Assembly (NCBI GenBank): GCA_964016885.1 | Contig: OZ024762.1 | Coordinates: 30,771,187-30,835,186, forward strand | DNA length: 64,000 nucleotides | Reading direction: 5' to 3' | Source: Eledone cirrhosa | Taxonomy: Eukaryota | Part shown: positions 1 through 13,800 of the stretch, piece after piece | Numbering within the stretch: position 1 is the stretch's first letter | How the letters are laid out: each line of letters begins with the position of its first letter | Notes under the pieces: generated by a model | The model's database searches: none | What the model was told of the DNA's origin: nothing | The model's input: only the letters and a program-made list of their open reading frames with translations | Position numbers and translations under genes: made by a program

Positions 1-917
1 TGGTATTAGCTGTCAGAAGTAACTCCACTGTTGGTGAGAATTCATTTAAGTTCATGGTACTAGCTGTCAGAAGTAACTCCAATGTTGGTGAGAATTCATT
101 TAAGTTCATGGTATTAGCTGTCAGAAGCAACTCCACTGTTGGTGAGAATTCATTTAAGTTCATGGTATTAGCTGTCAGAAGTAACTCCACTGTTGGTTAG
201 AATTCATTTAAGTTCATGGTATTAGTTTGTCAGAAGTAACTCCACTGTTGGTGAGAATTCATTTAAGTCATGGTATTAGTTGTCAGAAGTAACTCCAATG
301 TTGGTTAGAATTCATTTAAGTTCATGGTACTAGCTGTCAGAAGTAACTCCATTGTTGTTGAGAATTCATTGAAGTTCATGGTACTAGCTGTCAGAAGGAA
401 CTCCACTGTTGGTGAGAATTCATTTAAGTTCATGGTACTAGCTGTCAGAAGTAACTCCATTGTTGTTGAGAATTCATTGAAGTTCATGGTACTAGCTGTC
501 AGAAGGAACTCCACTGTTGGTGAGAATTCATTTAAGTTCATGGTATTAGCTGTCAGAAGTAACTCCACTGTTGGTGAGAATTCATTTAAGTTCATGGTAC
601 TAGCTGTCAGAAGTAACGCCAATGTTAGTGAGAATTCATTTAAGTTCATGGTATTAGCTGTCAGAAGTAACTCCACTGTTGGTGAGAATTCATTTAAGTC
701 ATGGTATTAGCTGTCAGAAGTAACTCCAATGTTGGTGAGAATTCATTTAAGTTCATGGTATTAGCTGTCAGAAGTAACTCCACTGTTGGTGAGCATTCAT
801 TTATGTTCATGGTATTAGCTGTCAGAAGTAACTCCACTGTTGGTGAGAATTCATTTAAGTTCATGGTATTAGTTTTGTCAGAAGTAACTCCACTGTTGGT
901 GAGAATTCATTTAAGTC

Positions 918-3420
918 ATGGTATTAGTTGTCAGAAGTAACTCCACTGTTGGTGAGAATTCATTTAAGTTCATGGTACTAGCTGCCAGAAGTAACTCCAC
1001 TGTTGGTGAGAATTCATTTAAGTTCATGGTACTAGCTGTCAGAAGTAACTCCACTGTTTGTGAGAATTCATTTAAGTTCATGGTACTAGCTGTCATAAGT
1101 AACTCCACTGTTGGTGAGAATTCATTTAAGTTCATGGTATTAGCTGTCAGAAGTCACTCCACTGTTGGTGAGAATTCATTTAAGTTCATGGTATTAGCTG
1201 TCAGAAGTCACTCCACTGTTGGTGAGAATTCATTTAAGTTCATGGTACTAGCTGTCAGAAGTAACCCCAATGTTGGTGAGAATTCATTTAAGTTCATGGT
1301 ATTAGCTGTCAGAAGTCACTCCAATGTTGGTGAGAATTCATTTAAGTTCATGGTATTAGCTGTCAGAAGTAACTCCACTGTTGGTGAGAATTCATTTAAG
1401 TTCATGGTATTAGCTGTCAGAAGTAACTCCACTGTTGGTGAGAATTCATTTAAGTTCATGGTATTAGCTGTCAGAAGTAACTCCACTGTTGGTGAGAATT
1501 CATTTAAGTTCATGGTATTAGCTGTCAGAAGGAACTCCAATGTTGGTGAGAAATCATTTAAGTCATGGTACTAGCTGTCAGAAGTAACTCCACTGTTGGT
1601 GAGAATTCATTTAAGTTCATGGTATTAGCTGTCAGAAGGAACGCCACTGTTGGTGAGAATTCATTTAAGTTCATGGTATTAGCTGTCAGAAGTAACTCCA
1701 CTGTTGGTGAGAATTCATTTAAGTTCATGGTACTAGCTGTCAGAAGTAACTCCAATGTTGGTGAGAATTCATTTAAGTTCATGGTATTAGCTGTCAGAAG
1801 GAACTCCACTGTTGGTGAGAATTCATTTAAGTTCATGGTATTAGCTGTCAGAAGTAACTCCACTGTTGGTGAAAATTCATTTAAGTTCATGGTACTAGTT
1901 GTCAGAAGTAACTCCACTGTTGGTGAGAATTCATTTAAGTTCATGGTATTAGTTGTCAGAAGTAACTCCACTGTTGGTGAGAATTCATTAAGTCATGGTA
2001 TTAGTTGTCAGAAGTAACTCCAATGTTGGTGAGAATTCATTTAAGTTCATGGTACTAGCTGTCAGAAGTAACTCCACTGTTGGTGAGAATTCATTTAAGT
2101 TCATGGTATTAGCTGTCAGAAGTAACTCCACTGTTGGTGAAAATTCATTTAAGTTCATGGTACTAGTTGTCAGAAGTAACTCCACTGTTGGTGAGAATTC
2201 ATTTAAGTCATGGTATTAGTTGTCAGAAGTAACTCCAATGTTGGTGAGAATTCATTTAAGTTCATGGTACTAGCTGTCAGAAGTAACTCCACTGTTGGTG
2301 AGAATTCATTTAAGTTCATGGTACTAGCTGCCAGAAGTAACTCCACTGTTGGTGAGAATTCATTTAAGTTCATGGTACTAGCTGTCAGAAGTAACTCCAC
2401 TGTTTGTGAGAATTCATTTAAGTTCATGGTACTAGCTGTCATAAGTAACTCCACTGTTGGTGGGAATTCATTTAAGTTCATGGTATTAGCTGTCAGAAGT
2501 CACTCCACTGTTGGTGATAATTCATTTAAGTTCATGGTATTAGCTGTCAGAAGTCACTCCACTGTTGGTGAGAATTCATTTAAATTCATGGTACTAGCTG
2601 TCAGAAGTAACCCCAATGTTGTTGAGAATTCATTTAAGTTCATGGTATTAGCTGTCAGAAGTCACTCCAATGTTGGTGAGAATTCATTTAAGTTCATGGT
2701 ATTAGCTGTCAGAAGTAACTCCACTGTTGGTGAGAATTCATTTAAGTTCATGGTATTAGCTGTCAGAAGTCACTCCAATGTTGGTGAGAATTCATTTAAG
2801 TTCATGGTATTAGCTGTCAGAAGTAACTCCACTGTTGGTGAGAATTCATTTAAGTTCATGGTATTAGCTGTCAGAAGTAACTCCACTGTTGGTGAGAATT
2901 CATTTAAGTTCATGGTATTAGCTGTCAGAAGTAACTCCACTGTTGGTGAGAATTCATTTAAGTTCATGGTATTAGCTGTCAGAAGGAACTCCAATGTTGG
3001 TGAGAAATCATTTAAGTCATGGTACTAGCTGTCAGAAGTAACTCCACTGTTGGTGAGAATTCATTTAAGTTCATGGTATTAGCTGTCAGAAGGAACGCCA
3101 CTGTTGGTGAGAATTCATTTAAGTTCATGGTATCAGCTGTCAGAAGTAACTCCACTGTTGGTGAGAATTCATTTAAGTTCATGGTACTAGCTGTCAGAAG
3201 TAACTCCAATGTTGGTGAGAATTCATTTAAGTTCATGGTATTAGCTGTCAGAAGTAACTCCACTGTTGGTGAACATTCATTTAAGTTCATGGTACTAGTT
3301 GTCAGAAGTAACTCCACTGTTGGTGAGAATTCATTTAAGTTCATGGTATTAGTTGTCAGAAGTAACTCCACTGTTGCTGAGAATTCATTAAGTCATGGTA
3401 TTAGTTGTCAGAAGTAACTC
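918..3420 (+). repeat. Imperfect tandem duplication of a ~25-27-monomer block
   Basis: The rare marker series GCTGCC, GTTTGTGAG, GTCATAAG, AACCCCAA, GAGAAATC, AACGCC occurs twice in the same order. GCTGCC is at 981 and 2327 (offset 1346); downstream ORF starts are 1565 and 3019 (offset 1454, two extra monomers). Confidence 0.85.
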
Positions 3421-5159
3421 CAATGTTGGTGAGAATTCATTTAAGTTCATGGTACTAGCTGTCAGAAGTAACTCCACTGTTGGTGAGAATTCATTTAAGT
3501 TCATGGTATTAGCTGTCAGATGTAACTCCACTGTTGGTGATAATTCATTTAAGTCATGGTATTAGCTGTCAGAAGTAACTCCATTGTTGGTGAGAATTCA
3601 TTTAAGTCATGGTACTAGCTGTCAGAAGTAACTCCACTGTTGGTGAGAATTCATTTAAGTTCATGGTATTAGCTGTCAGAAGGAACTCCACTGTTGGTGA
3701 GAATTCATTTAAGTTCATGGTATTAGCTGTCAGATGTAACTCCACTGTTGGTGATAATTCATTTAAGTCATGGTATTAGCTGTCAGAAGTAACTCCATTG
3801 TTGGTGAGAATTCATTTAAGTCATGGTACTAGCTGTCAGAAGTAACTCCACTGTTGGTGAGAATTCATTTAAGTTCATGGTATTAGCTGTCAGAAGGAAC
3901 TCCACTGTTGGTGAGAATTCATTTAAGTTCATGGTACTAGCTGTCAGAAGTAACTCCACTGTTGGTGAGAATTCATTTAAGTTCATGGTATTAGTTTGTC
4001 AGAAGTAACTCCACTGTTGGTGAGAATTCATTTAAGTCATGGTATTAGTTGTCAGAAGTAACTCCAATGTTGGTGAGAATTCATTTAAGTTCATGGTATT
4101 AGCAGTCAGAAGTCACTCCACTGTTGGTGAGAATTCATTTAAGTTCATGGTACTAGCTGTCAGAAATAACCCCAATGTTGGTGAGAATTCATTTAAATTC
4201 ATGGTATTAGCTGTCAGAAGTCACTCCAATGTTGGTGAGAATTCATTTAAGTTCATGGTATTAGCTGTCAGAAGTAACTCCACTGTTGGTGAGAATTCAT
4301 TTAAGTTCATGGTATTAGTTTGTCAGAAGTAACTCCAATGTTGGTGAGAATTCATTTAAGTTCATGGTACTAGCTGTCAGAAGTAACTCCAATGTTGGTG
4401 AGAATTCATTTACGTTCATGGTATTAGCTGTCAGAAGGAACTCCACTGTTGGTGAGAATTCATTTAAGTTCATGGTATTAGCTGTCAGAAGTAACTCCAC
4501 TGTTGGTGAGAATTCATTTAATTCATGGTATTAGCTGTCAGAAGTAACTCCATTGTTGGTGAGAATTCATTTAAGTCATGGTACTAGCTGTCAGAAGTAA
4601 CTCCAATGTTGGTGAGAATTCATTTAAGTCATGGTACTAGCTGTCAGAAGTAACTCCAATGTTGGTGAGAATTCATTTAAGTTCATGGTATTAGCTGTCA
4701 GAAGGAACTCCACTGTTGGTGAGAATTCATTTAAGTTCATGGTATTAGCTGTCAGAAGTAACTCCACTGTTGGTGAGAATTCATTTAAGTTCATGGTATT
4801 AGCAGTCAGAAGTAACTCCACTGTTGGTGAGAATTCATTTAAGTTCATGGTACTAGCTGTCAGAAGTAACTCCACTGTTGGTGAGAATTCATTTAAGTCA
4901 TGGTATTAGCTGTCAGAAGTAACTCCAATGTTGGTGAGAATTCATTTAAGTTCATGGTATTAGCTGTCAGAAGTAACTCCACTGTTGGTGAGAATTCATT
5001 TAAGTTCATGGTATTAGCTGTCAGAAGTAACTCCACTGTTGGTGAGAATTCATTTAAGTTCATGGTACTAGCTGTCAGAAGTAACTCCACTGTTGGTGAG
5101 AATTCATTTAAGTTCATGGTATTAGTTTGTCAGAAGTAACTCCACTGTTGGTGAGAATT

Positions 5160-8100
5160 CATTTAAGTCATGGTATTAGTTGTCAGAAGTAACTCCAATG
5201 TTGGTGAGAATTCATTTAAGTTCATGGTACTAGCTGTCAGAAGTAACTCCACTGTTGGTGAGAATTCATTTAAGTTCATGGTATTAGCTGTCAGAAGTAA
5301 CTCCACTGTTGGTGAGAATTCATTTAAGTCATGGTATTAGCTGTCAGAAGTAACTCCAATGTTGGTGAGAATTCATTTAAGTCATGGTACTAGCTGTCAG
5401 AAGTAACTCCAATGTTGGTGAGAATTCATTTAAAGTACATGGTATTAGCTATCAGAAGTAACTCCACTGTTGGTGAGAATTCATTTAAGTTCATGGTATT
5501 AGCTGTCAGAAGTAACTCCACTGTTGGTGAGAATTCATTTAAGTCATGGTATTAGCTGTCAGAAGTAACTCCAATGTTGGTGAGAATTCATTTAAGTTCA
5601 TGGTATTAGCTGTCAGAAGTCACTCCACTGTTGGTGAGAACTCATTTAAGTTCATGGTACTAGCTGTCAGAAGTAACACCAATGTTGGTGAGAATTCATT
5701 TAAGTTCATGGTATTAGCTGTCAGAAGTCACTCCAATGTTGGTGAGAATTCATTTAAGTTCATGGTATTAGCTGTCAGAAGTAACTCCACTGTTGGTGAG
5801 AATTCATTTAAGTTCATGGTATTAGTTTGTCAGAAGTAACTCCACTGTTGGTGAGAATTCATTTAAGTTCATGGTATTAGCTGTCAGAAGTAACTCCACT
5901 GTTGGTGAGAATTCATTTAAGTTCATGGTATTAGCTGTCAGAAGGAACTCCAATGTTGGTGAGAATTCATTTAAGTCATGGTACTAGCTGTCAGAAGTAA
6001 CTCCACTGTTGGTGAGAATTAATTTAAGTTCATGGTATTAGCTGTCAGAAGGAACGCCACTGTTGGTGAGAATTCATTTAAGTTCATGGTATTAGCTGTC
6101 AGAAGTAACTCCACTGTTGGTGAGAATTCATTTAAGTTCATGGTACTAGCTGTCAGAAGTAACTCCAATGTTGGTGAGAATTCATTTAAGTTCATGGTAT
6201 TAGCTGTCAGAAGGAACTCCACTGTTGCTGAGAATTCATTTAAGTTCATGGTATTAGCTGTCAGAAGTAACTCCACTGTTGGTGAGAATTCATTTAAGTT
6301 CATGGTACTAGCTGTCAGAAGTAACTCCACTGTTGGTGAGAATTCATTTAAGTTCATGGTATTAGCTGTCGGAAGTCACTCCAATGTTGGTGAGAATTCA
6401 TTTAAGTTCATGATATTAGCTGTCAGAAGTCACTCCACTGTTGGTGAGAATTCATTTAAGTTCATGGTACTAGCTGTCAGAAGTAACCCCAATGTTGGTG
6501 AGAATTCATTTAAGTTCATGGTATTAGCTGTCAGAAGTCACTCCAATGTTGGTGAGAATTCATTTAAGTTCATGGTATTAGCTGTCAGAAGTAACTCCAC
6601 TGTTGGTGAGAATTCATTTAAGTTCATGGTATTAGTTTGTCAGAAGTAACTCCACTGTTGGTGAGAATTCATTTAAGTCATGGTACTAGCTGTCAGAAGT
6701 AACTCCAATGTTGGTGAGAATTCATTTAAGTCATGGTATTAGCTGTCAGAAGTAACTCCAATGTTGGTGAGAATTCATTTAAGTTCATGGTATTAGCTGT
6801 CAGAAGTAACTCCACTGTTGGTGAGAATTCATTTAAGTTCATGGTATTAGCTGTCAGAAGTAACTCCACTGTTGGTGAGAATTCATTTAAGTTGATGGTA
6901 CTAGCTGTCAGAAGTAACTCCACTGTTGGTGAGAATTCATTTAAGTTCATGGTATTAGTTTGTCAGAAGTAACTCCACTGTTGGTGAGAATTCATTTAAG
7001 TCATGGTATTAGTTGTCAGAAGTAACTCCAATGTTGGTGAGAATTCATTTAAGTTCATGGTATTAGCTGTCAGAAGGAACTCCACTGTTGGTGAGAATTC
7101 ATTTAAGTTCATGGTACTAGCTGTCAGAAGTAACTCCAATGTTAGTGAGAATTCATTTAAGTTCATGGTATTAGCTGTCAGAAGTAACTCCACTGTTGGT
7201 GAGAATTCATTTAAGTCATGGTATTAGCTGTCAGAAGTAACTCCAATGTTGGTGAGAATTCATTTAAGTTCATGGTATTAGCTGTCAGAAGTAACTCCAC
7301 TGTTGGTGAGCATTCATTTATGTTCATGGTATTAGCTGTCAGAAGTCACTCCACTGTTGGTGAGAATTCATTTAAGTTCATGGTACTAGCTGTCAGAAGT
7401 AACCCCAATGTTGGTGAGAATTCATTTAAGTTCATGGTATTAGCTGTCAGAAGTCACTCCAATGTTGGTGAGAATTCATTTAAGTTCATGGTATTAGCTG
7501 TCAGAAGTAACTCCACTGTTGGTGAGAATTCATTTAAGTTCATGGTATTAGTTTGTCAGAAGTAACTCCACTGTTGGTGAGAATTCATTTAAGTCATGGT
7601 ACTAGCTGTCAGAAGTAACTCCAATGTTGGTGAGAATTCATTTAAGTCATGGTATTAGTTGTCAGAAGTAACTCCAATGTTGGTGAGAATTCATTTAAGT
7701 TCATGGTACTAGCTGTCAGAAGTAACTCCACTGTTGGTGAGAATTCATTTAAGTTCATGGTATTAGCTGTCAGAAGTAACTCCACTGTTGGTGAGAATTC
7801 ATTTAAGTCATGGTATTAGCTGTCAGAAGTAACTCCAATGTTGGTGAGAATTCATTTAAGTCATGGTACTAGCTGTCAGAAGTAACTCCAATGTTGGTGA
7901 GAATTCATTTAAAGTACATGGTATTAGCTATCAGAAGTAACTCCACTGTTGGTGAGAATTCATTTAAGTTCATGGTATTAGCTGTCAGAAGTAACTCCAC
8001 TGTTGGTGAGAATTCATTTAAGTCATGGTATTAGCTGTCAGAAGTAACTCCAATGTTGGTGAGAATTCATTTAAGTTCATGGTATTAGCTGTCAGAAGTC

Positions 8101-9960
8101 ACTCCACTGTTGGTGAGAACTCATTTAAGTTCATGGTACTAGCTGTCAGAAGTAACACCAATGTTGGTGAGAATTCATTTAAGTTCATGGTATTAGCTGT
8201 CAGAAGTCACTCCAATGTTGGTGAGAATTCATTTAAGTTCATGGTATTAGCTGTCAGAAGTAACTCCACTGTTGGTGAGAATTCATTTAAGTTCATGGTA
8301 TTAGTTTGTCAGAAGTAACTCCACTGTTGGTGAGAATTCATTTAAGTTCATGGTATTAGCTGTCAGAAGTAACTCCACTGTTGGTGAGAATTCATTTAAG
8401 TTCATGGTATTAGCTGTCAGAAGGAACTCCAATGTTGGTGAGAATTCATTTAAGTCATGGTACTAGCTGTCAGAAGTAACTCCACTGTTGGTGAGAATTA
8501 ATTTAAGTTCATGGTATTAGCTGTCAGAAGGAACGCCACTGTTGGTGAGAATTCATTTAAGTTCATGGTATTAGCTGTCAGAAGTAACTCCACTGTTGGT
8601 GAGAATTCATTTAAGTTCGTGGTACTAGCTGTCAGAAGTAACTCCAATGTTGGTGAGAATTCATTTAAGTTCATGGTATTAGCTGTCAGAAGGAACTCCA
8701 CTGTTGCTGAGAATTCATTTAAGTTCATGGTATTAGCTGTCAGAAGTAACTCCACTGTTGGTGAGAATTCATTTAAGTTCATGGTACTAGCTGTCAGAAG
8801 TAACTCCACTGTTGGTGAGAATTCATTTAAGTTCATGGTATTAGCTGTCAGAAGTCACTCCAATGTTGGTGAGAATTCATTTAAGTTCATGGTATTAGCT
8901 GTCAGAAGTCACTCCACTGTTGGTGAGAATTCATTTAAGTTCATGGTACTAGCTGTCAGAAGTAACCCCAATGTTGGTGAGAATTCATTTAAGTTCATGG
9001 TATTAGCTGTCAGAAGTCACTCCAATGTTGGTGAGAATTCATTTAAGTTCATGGTATTAGCTGTCAGAAGTAACTCCACTGTTGGTGAGAATTCATTTAA
9101 GTTCATGGTATTAGTTTGTCAGAAGTAACTCCACTGTTGGTGAGAATTCATTTAAGTCATGGTACTAGCTGTCAGAAGTAACTCCAATGTTGGTGAGAAT
9201 TCATTTAAGTCATGGTATTAGCTGTCAGAAGTAACTCCAATGTTGGTGAGAATTCATTTAAGTTCATGGTATTAGCTGTCAGAAGTAACTCCACTGTTGG
9301 TGAGAATTCATTTAAGTTCATGGTATTAGCTGTCAGAAGTAACTCCACTGTTGGTGAGAATTCATTTAAGTTGATGGTACTAGCTGTCAGAAGTAACTCC
9401 ACTGTTGGTGAGAATTCATTTAAGTTCATGGTATTAGTTTGTCAGAAGTAACTCCACTGTTGGTGAGAATTCATTTAAGTCATGGTATTAGTTGTCAGAA
9501 GTAACTCCAATGTTGGTGAGAATTCATTTAAGTTCATGGTATTAGCTGTCAGAAGGAACTCCACTGTTGGTGAGAATTCATTTAAGTTCATGGTACTAGC
9601 TGTCAGAAGTAACTCCAATGTTAGTGAGAATTCATTTAAGTTCATGGTATTAGCTGTCAGAAGTAACTCCACTGTTGGTGAGAATTCATTTAAGTCATGG
9701 TATTAGCTGTCAGAAGTAACTCCAATGTTGGTGAGAATTCATTTAAGTTCATGGTATTAGCTGTCAGAAGTAACTCCACTGTTGGTGAGCATTCATTTAT
9801 GTTCATGGTATTAGCTGTCAGAAGTCACTCCACTGTTGGTGAGAATTCATTTAAGTTCATGGTACTAGCTGTCAGAAGTAACCCCAATGTTGGTGAGAAT
9901 TCATTTAAGTTCATGGTATTAGCTGTCAGAAGTCACTCCAATGTTGGTGAGAATTCATTT
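5160..9960 (+). repeat. Higher-order tandem duplication, period 2479 bp (~46 monomers), about 2 copies
   Basis: The private marker TAAAGTACATGGTATTAGCTATCAG is at 5431 and 7910. ORF pairs 5546/8025, 6032/8511, 6733/9212, 7003/9482 and 7218/9697 are all offset by 2479. Confidence 0.93.
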
Positions 9961-12900
9961 AAGTCATGGTATTAGTTGTCAGAAGTAACTCCAATGTTGG
10001 TGAGAATTCATTTAAGTTCATGGTACTAGCTGTCAGAAGTAACTCCATTGTTGGTGAGAATTCATTGAAGTTCATGGTACTAGCTGTCAGAAGTAACTCC
10101 ACTGTTGGTGAGAATTCATTTAAGTTCATGGTATTAGTTTGTCAGAAGTAACTCCACTGTTGGTGAGAATTCATTTAAGTCATGGTATTAGTTGTCAGAA
10201 GTAACTCCAATGTTGGTGAGAATTCATTTAAGTTCATGGTATTAGCTGTCAGAAGGAACTCCACTGTTGGTGAGAATTCATTTAAGTTCATGGTATTAGC
10301 TGTCAGAAGGAACTCCAATGTTGGTGAGAATTCATTTAAGTCATGGTACTAGCTGTCAGAAGTAACTCCACTGTTGGTGAGAATTCATTTAAGTTCATGG
10401 TATTAGCTGTCAGAAGGAACGCCACTGTTGGTGAGAATTCATTTAAGTTCATGGTATTAGCTGTCAGAAGTAACTCCATTGTTGGTGAGAATTCATTTAA
10501 GTCATGGTACTAGCTGTCAGAAGTAACTCCACTGTTGGTTAGAATTCATTTAAGTTCATGGTATTAGTTTGTCAGAAGTAACTCCACTGTTGGTGAGAAT
10601 TCATTTAAGTCATGGTATTAGTTGTCAGAAGTAACTCCAATGTTGGTGAGAATTCATTTAAGTTCATGGTACTAGCTGTCAGAAGTAACTCCATTGTTGG
10701 TGAGAATTCATTGAAGTTCATGGTACTAGCTGTCAGAAGGAACTCCACTGTTGGTGAGAATTCATTTAAGTTCATGGTATTAGCTGTCAGAAGTAACTCC
10801 ACTGTTGGTGAGAATTCATTTAAGTTCATGGTACTAGCTGTCAGAAGTAACTCCAATGTTAGTGAGAATTCATTTAAGTTCATGGTATTAGCTGTCAGAA
10901 GTAACTCCACTGTTGGTGAGAATTCATTTAAGTCATGGTATTAGCTGTCAGAAGTAACTCCAATGTTGGTGAGAATTCATTGAAGTTCATGGTATTAGCT
11001 GTCAGAAGTAACTCCACTGTTGGTGAGAATTCATTTAAGTTCATGGTACTAGCTGTCAGAAGTAACTCCAATGTTAGTGAGAATTCATTTAAGTTCATGG
11101 TATTAGCTGTCAGAAGTAACTCCACTGTTGGTGAGAATTCATTTAAGTCATGGTATTAGCTGTCAGAAGTAACTCCAATGTTGGTGAGAATTCATTTAAG
11201 TTCATGGTATTAGCTGTCAGAAGTAACTCCACTGTTGGTGAGCATTCATTTATGTTCATGGTATTAGCTGTCAGAAGTCACTCCACTGTTGGTGAGAATT
11301 CATTTAAGTTCATGGTACTAGCTGTCAGAAGTAACCCCAATGTTGGTGAGAATTCATTTAAGTTCATGGTATTAGCTGTCAGAAGTCACTCCAATGTTGG
11401 TGAGAATTCATTTAAGTTCATGGTATTAGCTGTCAGAAGTCACTCCAATGTTGGTGAGAATTCATTTAAGTTCATGGTATTAGCTGTCAGAAGTAACTCC
11501 ACTGTTGGTGAGAATTCATTTAAGTTCATGGTATTAGTTTGTCAGAAGTAACTCCACTGTTGGTGAGAATTCATTTAAGTCATGGTACTAGCTGTCAGAA
11601 GTAACTCCAATGTTGGTGAGAATTCATTTAAGTCATGGTATTAGCTGTCAGAAGTAACTCCAATGTTGGTGAGAATTCATTTAAGTTCATGGTATTAGCT
11701 GTCAGAAGTAACTCCACTGTTGGTGAGAATTCATTTAAGTTCATGGTATTAGCTGTCAGAAGTAACTCCACTGTTGGTGAGAATTCATTTAAGTTGATGG
11801 TACTAGCTGTCAGAAGTAACTCCACTGTTGGTGAGAATTCATTTAAGTTCATGGTATTAGTTTGTCAGAAGTAACTCCACTGTTGGTGAGAATTCATTTA
11901 AGTCATGGTATTAGTTGTCAGAAGTAACTCCAATGTTGGTGAGAATTCATTTAAGTTCATGGTATTAGCTGTCAGAAGGAACTCCACTGTTGGTGAGAAT
12001 TCATTTAAGTTCATGGTACTAGCTGTCAGAAGTAACTCCAATGTTAGTGAGAATTCATTTAAGTTCATGGTATTAGCTGTCAGAAGTAACTCCACTGTTG
12101 GTGAGAATTCATTTAAGTCATGGTATTAGCTGTCAGAAGTAACTCCAATGTTGGTGAGAATTCATTTAAGTTCATGGTATTAGCTGTCAGAAGTAACTCC
12201 ACTGTTGGTGAGCATTCATTTATGTTCATGGTATTAGCTGTCAGAAGTCACTCCACTGTTGGTGAGAATTCATTTAAGTTCATGGTACTAGCTGTCAGAA
12301 GTAACCCCAATGTTGGTGAGAATTCATTTAAGTTCATGGTATTAGCTGTCAGAAGTCACTCCAATGTTGGTGAGAATTCATTTAAGTCATGGTATTAGTT
12401 GTCAGAAGTAACTCCAATGTTGGTGAGAATTCATTTAAGTTCATGGTACTAGCTGTCAGAAGTAACTCCATTGTTGGTGAGAATTCATTGAAGTTCATGG
12501 TACTAGCTGTCAGAAGTAACTCCACTGTTGGTGAGAATTCATTTAAGTTCATGGTATTAGTTTGTCAGAAGTAACTCCACTGTTGGTGAGAATTCATTTA
12601 AGTCATGGTATTAGTTGTCAGAAGTAACTCCAATGTTGGTGAGAATTCATTTAAGTTCATGGTATTAGCTGTCAGAAGGAACTCCACTGTTGGTGAGAAT
12701 TCATTTAAGTTCATGGTATTAGCTGTCAGAAGGAACTCCAATGTTGGTGAGAATTCATTTAAGTCATGGTACTAGCTGTCAGAAGTAACTCCACTGTTGG
12801 TGAGAATTCATTTAAGTTCATGGTATTAGCTGTCAGAAGGAACGCCACTGTTGGTGAGAATTCATTTAAGTTCATGGTATTAGCTGTCAGAAGTAACTCC

Positions 12901-13800
12901 ATTGTTGGTGAGAATTCATTTAAGTCATGGTACTAGCTGTCAGAAGTAACTCCACTGTTGGTTAGAATTCATTTAAGTTCATGGTATTAGCTTGTCAGAA
13001 GTAACTCCACTGTTGGTGAGAATTCATTTAAGTCATGGTATTAGTTGTCAGAAGTAACTCCAATGTTGGTGAGAATTCATTTAAGTTCATGGTACTAGCT
13101 GTCAGAAGTAACTCCATTGTTGGTGAGAATTCATTGAAGTTCATGGTACTAGCTGTCAGAAGGAACTCCACTGTTGGTGAGAATTCATTTAAGTTCATGG
13201 TATTAGCTGTCAGAAGTAACTCCACTGTTGGTGAGAATTCATTTAAGTTCATGGTACTAGCTGTCAGAAGTAACTCCAATGTTAGTGAGAATTCATTTAA
13301 GTTCATGGTATTAGCTGTCAGAAGTAACTCCACTGTTGGTGAGAATTCATTTAAGTCATGGTATTAGCTGTCAGAAGTAACTCCAATGTTGGTGAGAATT
13401 CATTGAAGTTCATGGTATTAGCTGTCAGAAGTAACTCCACTGTTGGTGAGAATTCATTTAAGTTCATGGTACTAGCTGTCAGAAGTAACTCCAATGTTAG
13501 TGAGAATTCATTTAAGTTCATGGTATTAGCTGTCAGAAGTAACTCCACTGTTGGTGAGAATTCATTTAAGTCATGGTATTAGCTGTCAGAAGTAACTCCA
13601 ATGTTGGTGAGAATTCATTTAAGTTCATGGTATTAGCTGTCAGAAGTAACTCCACTGTTGGTGAGCATTCATTTATGTTCATGGTATTAGCTGTCAGAAG
13701 TCACTCCACTGTTGGTGAGAATTCATTTAAGTTCATGGTACTAGCTGTCAGAAGTAACCCCAATGTTGGTGAGAATTCATTTAAGTTCATGGTATTAGCT
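9000..13800 (+). repeat. Higher-order tandem duplication, period 2423 bp (~45 monomers), 2 copies
   Basis: ORF pairs 9212/11635, 9482/11905, 9697/12120, 9966/12389, 10612/13035, 10935/13358 and 11150/13573 are all offset by 2423 with matching variant order. Confidence 0.92.
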
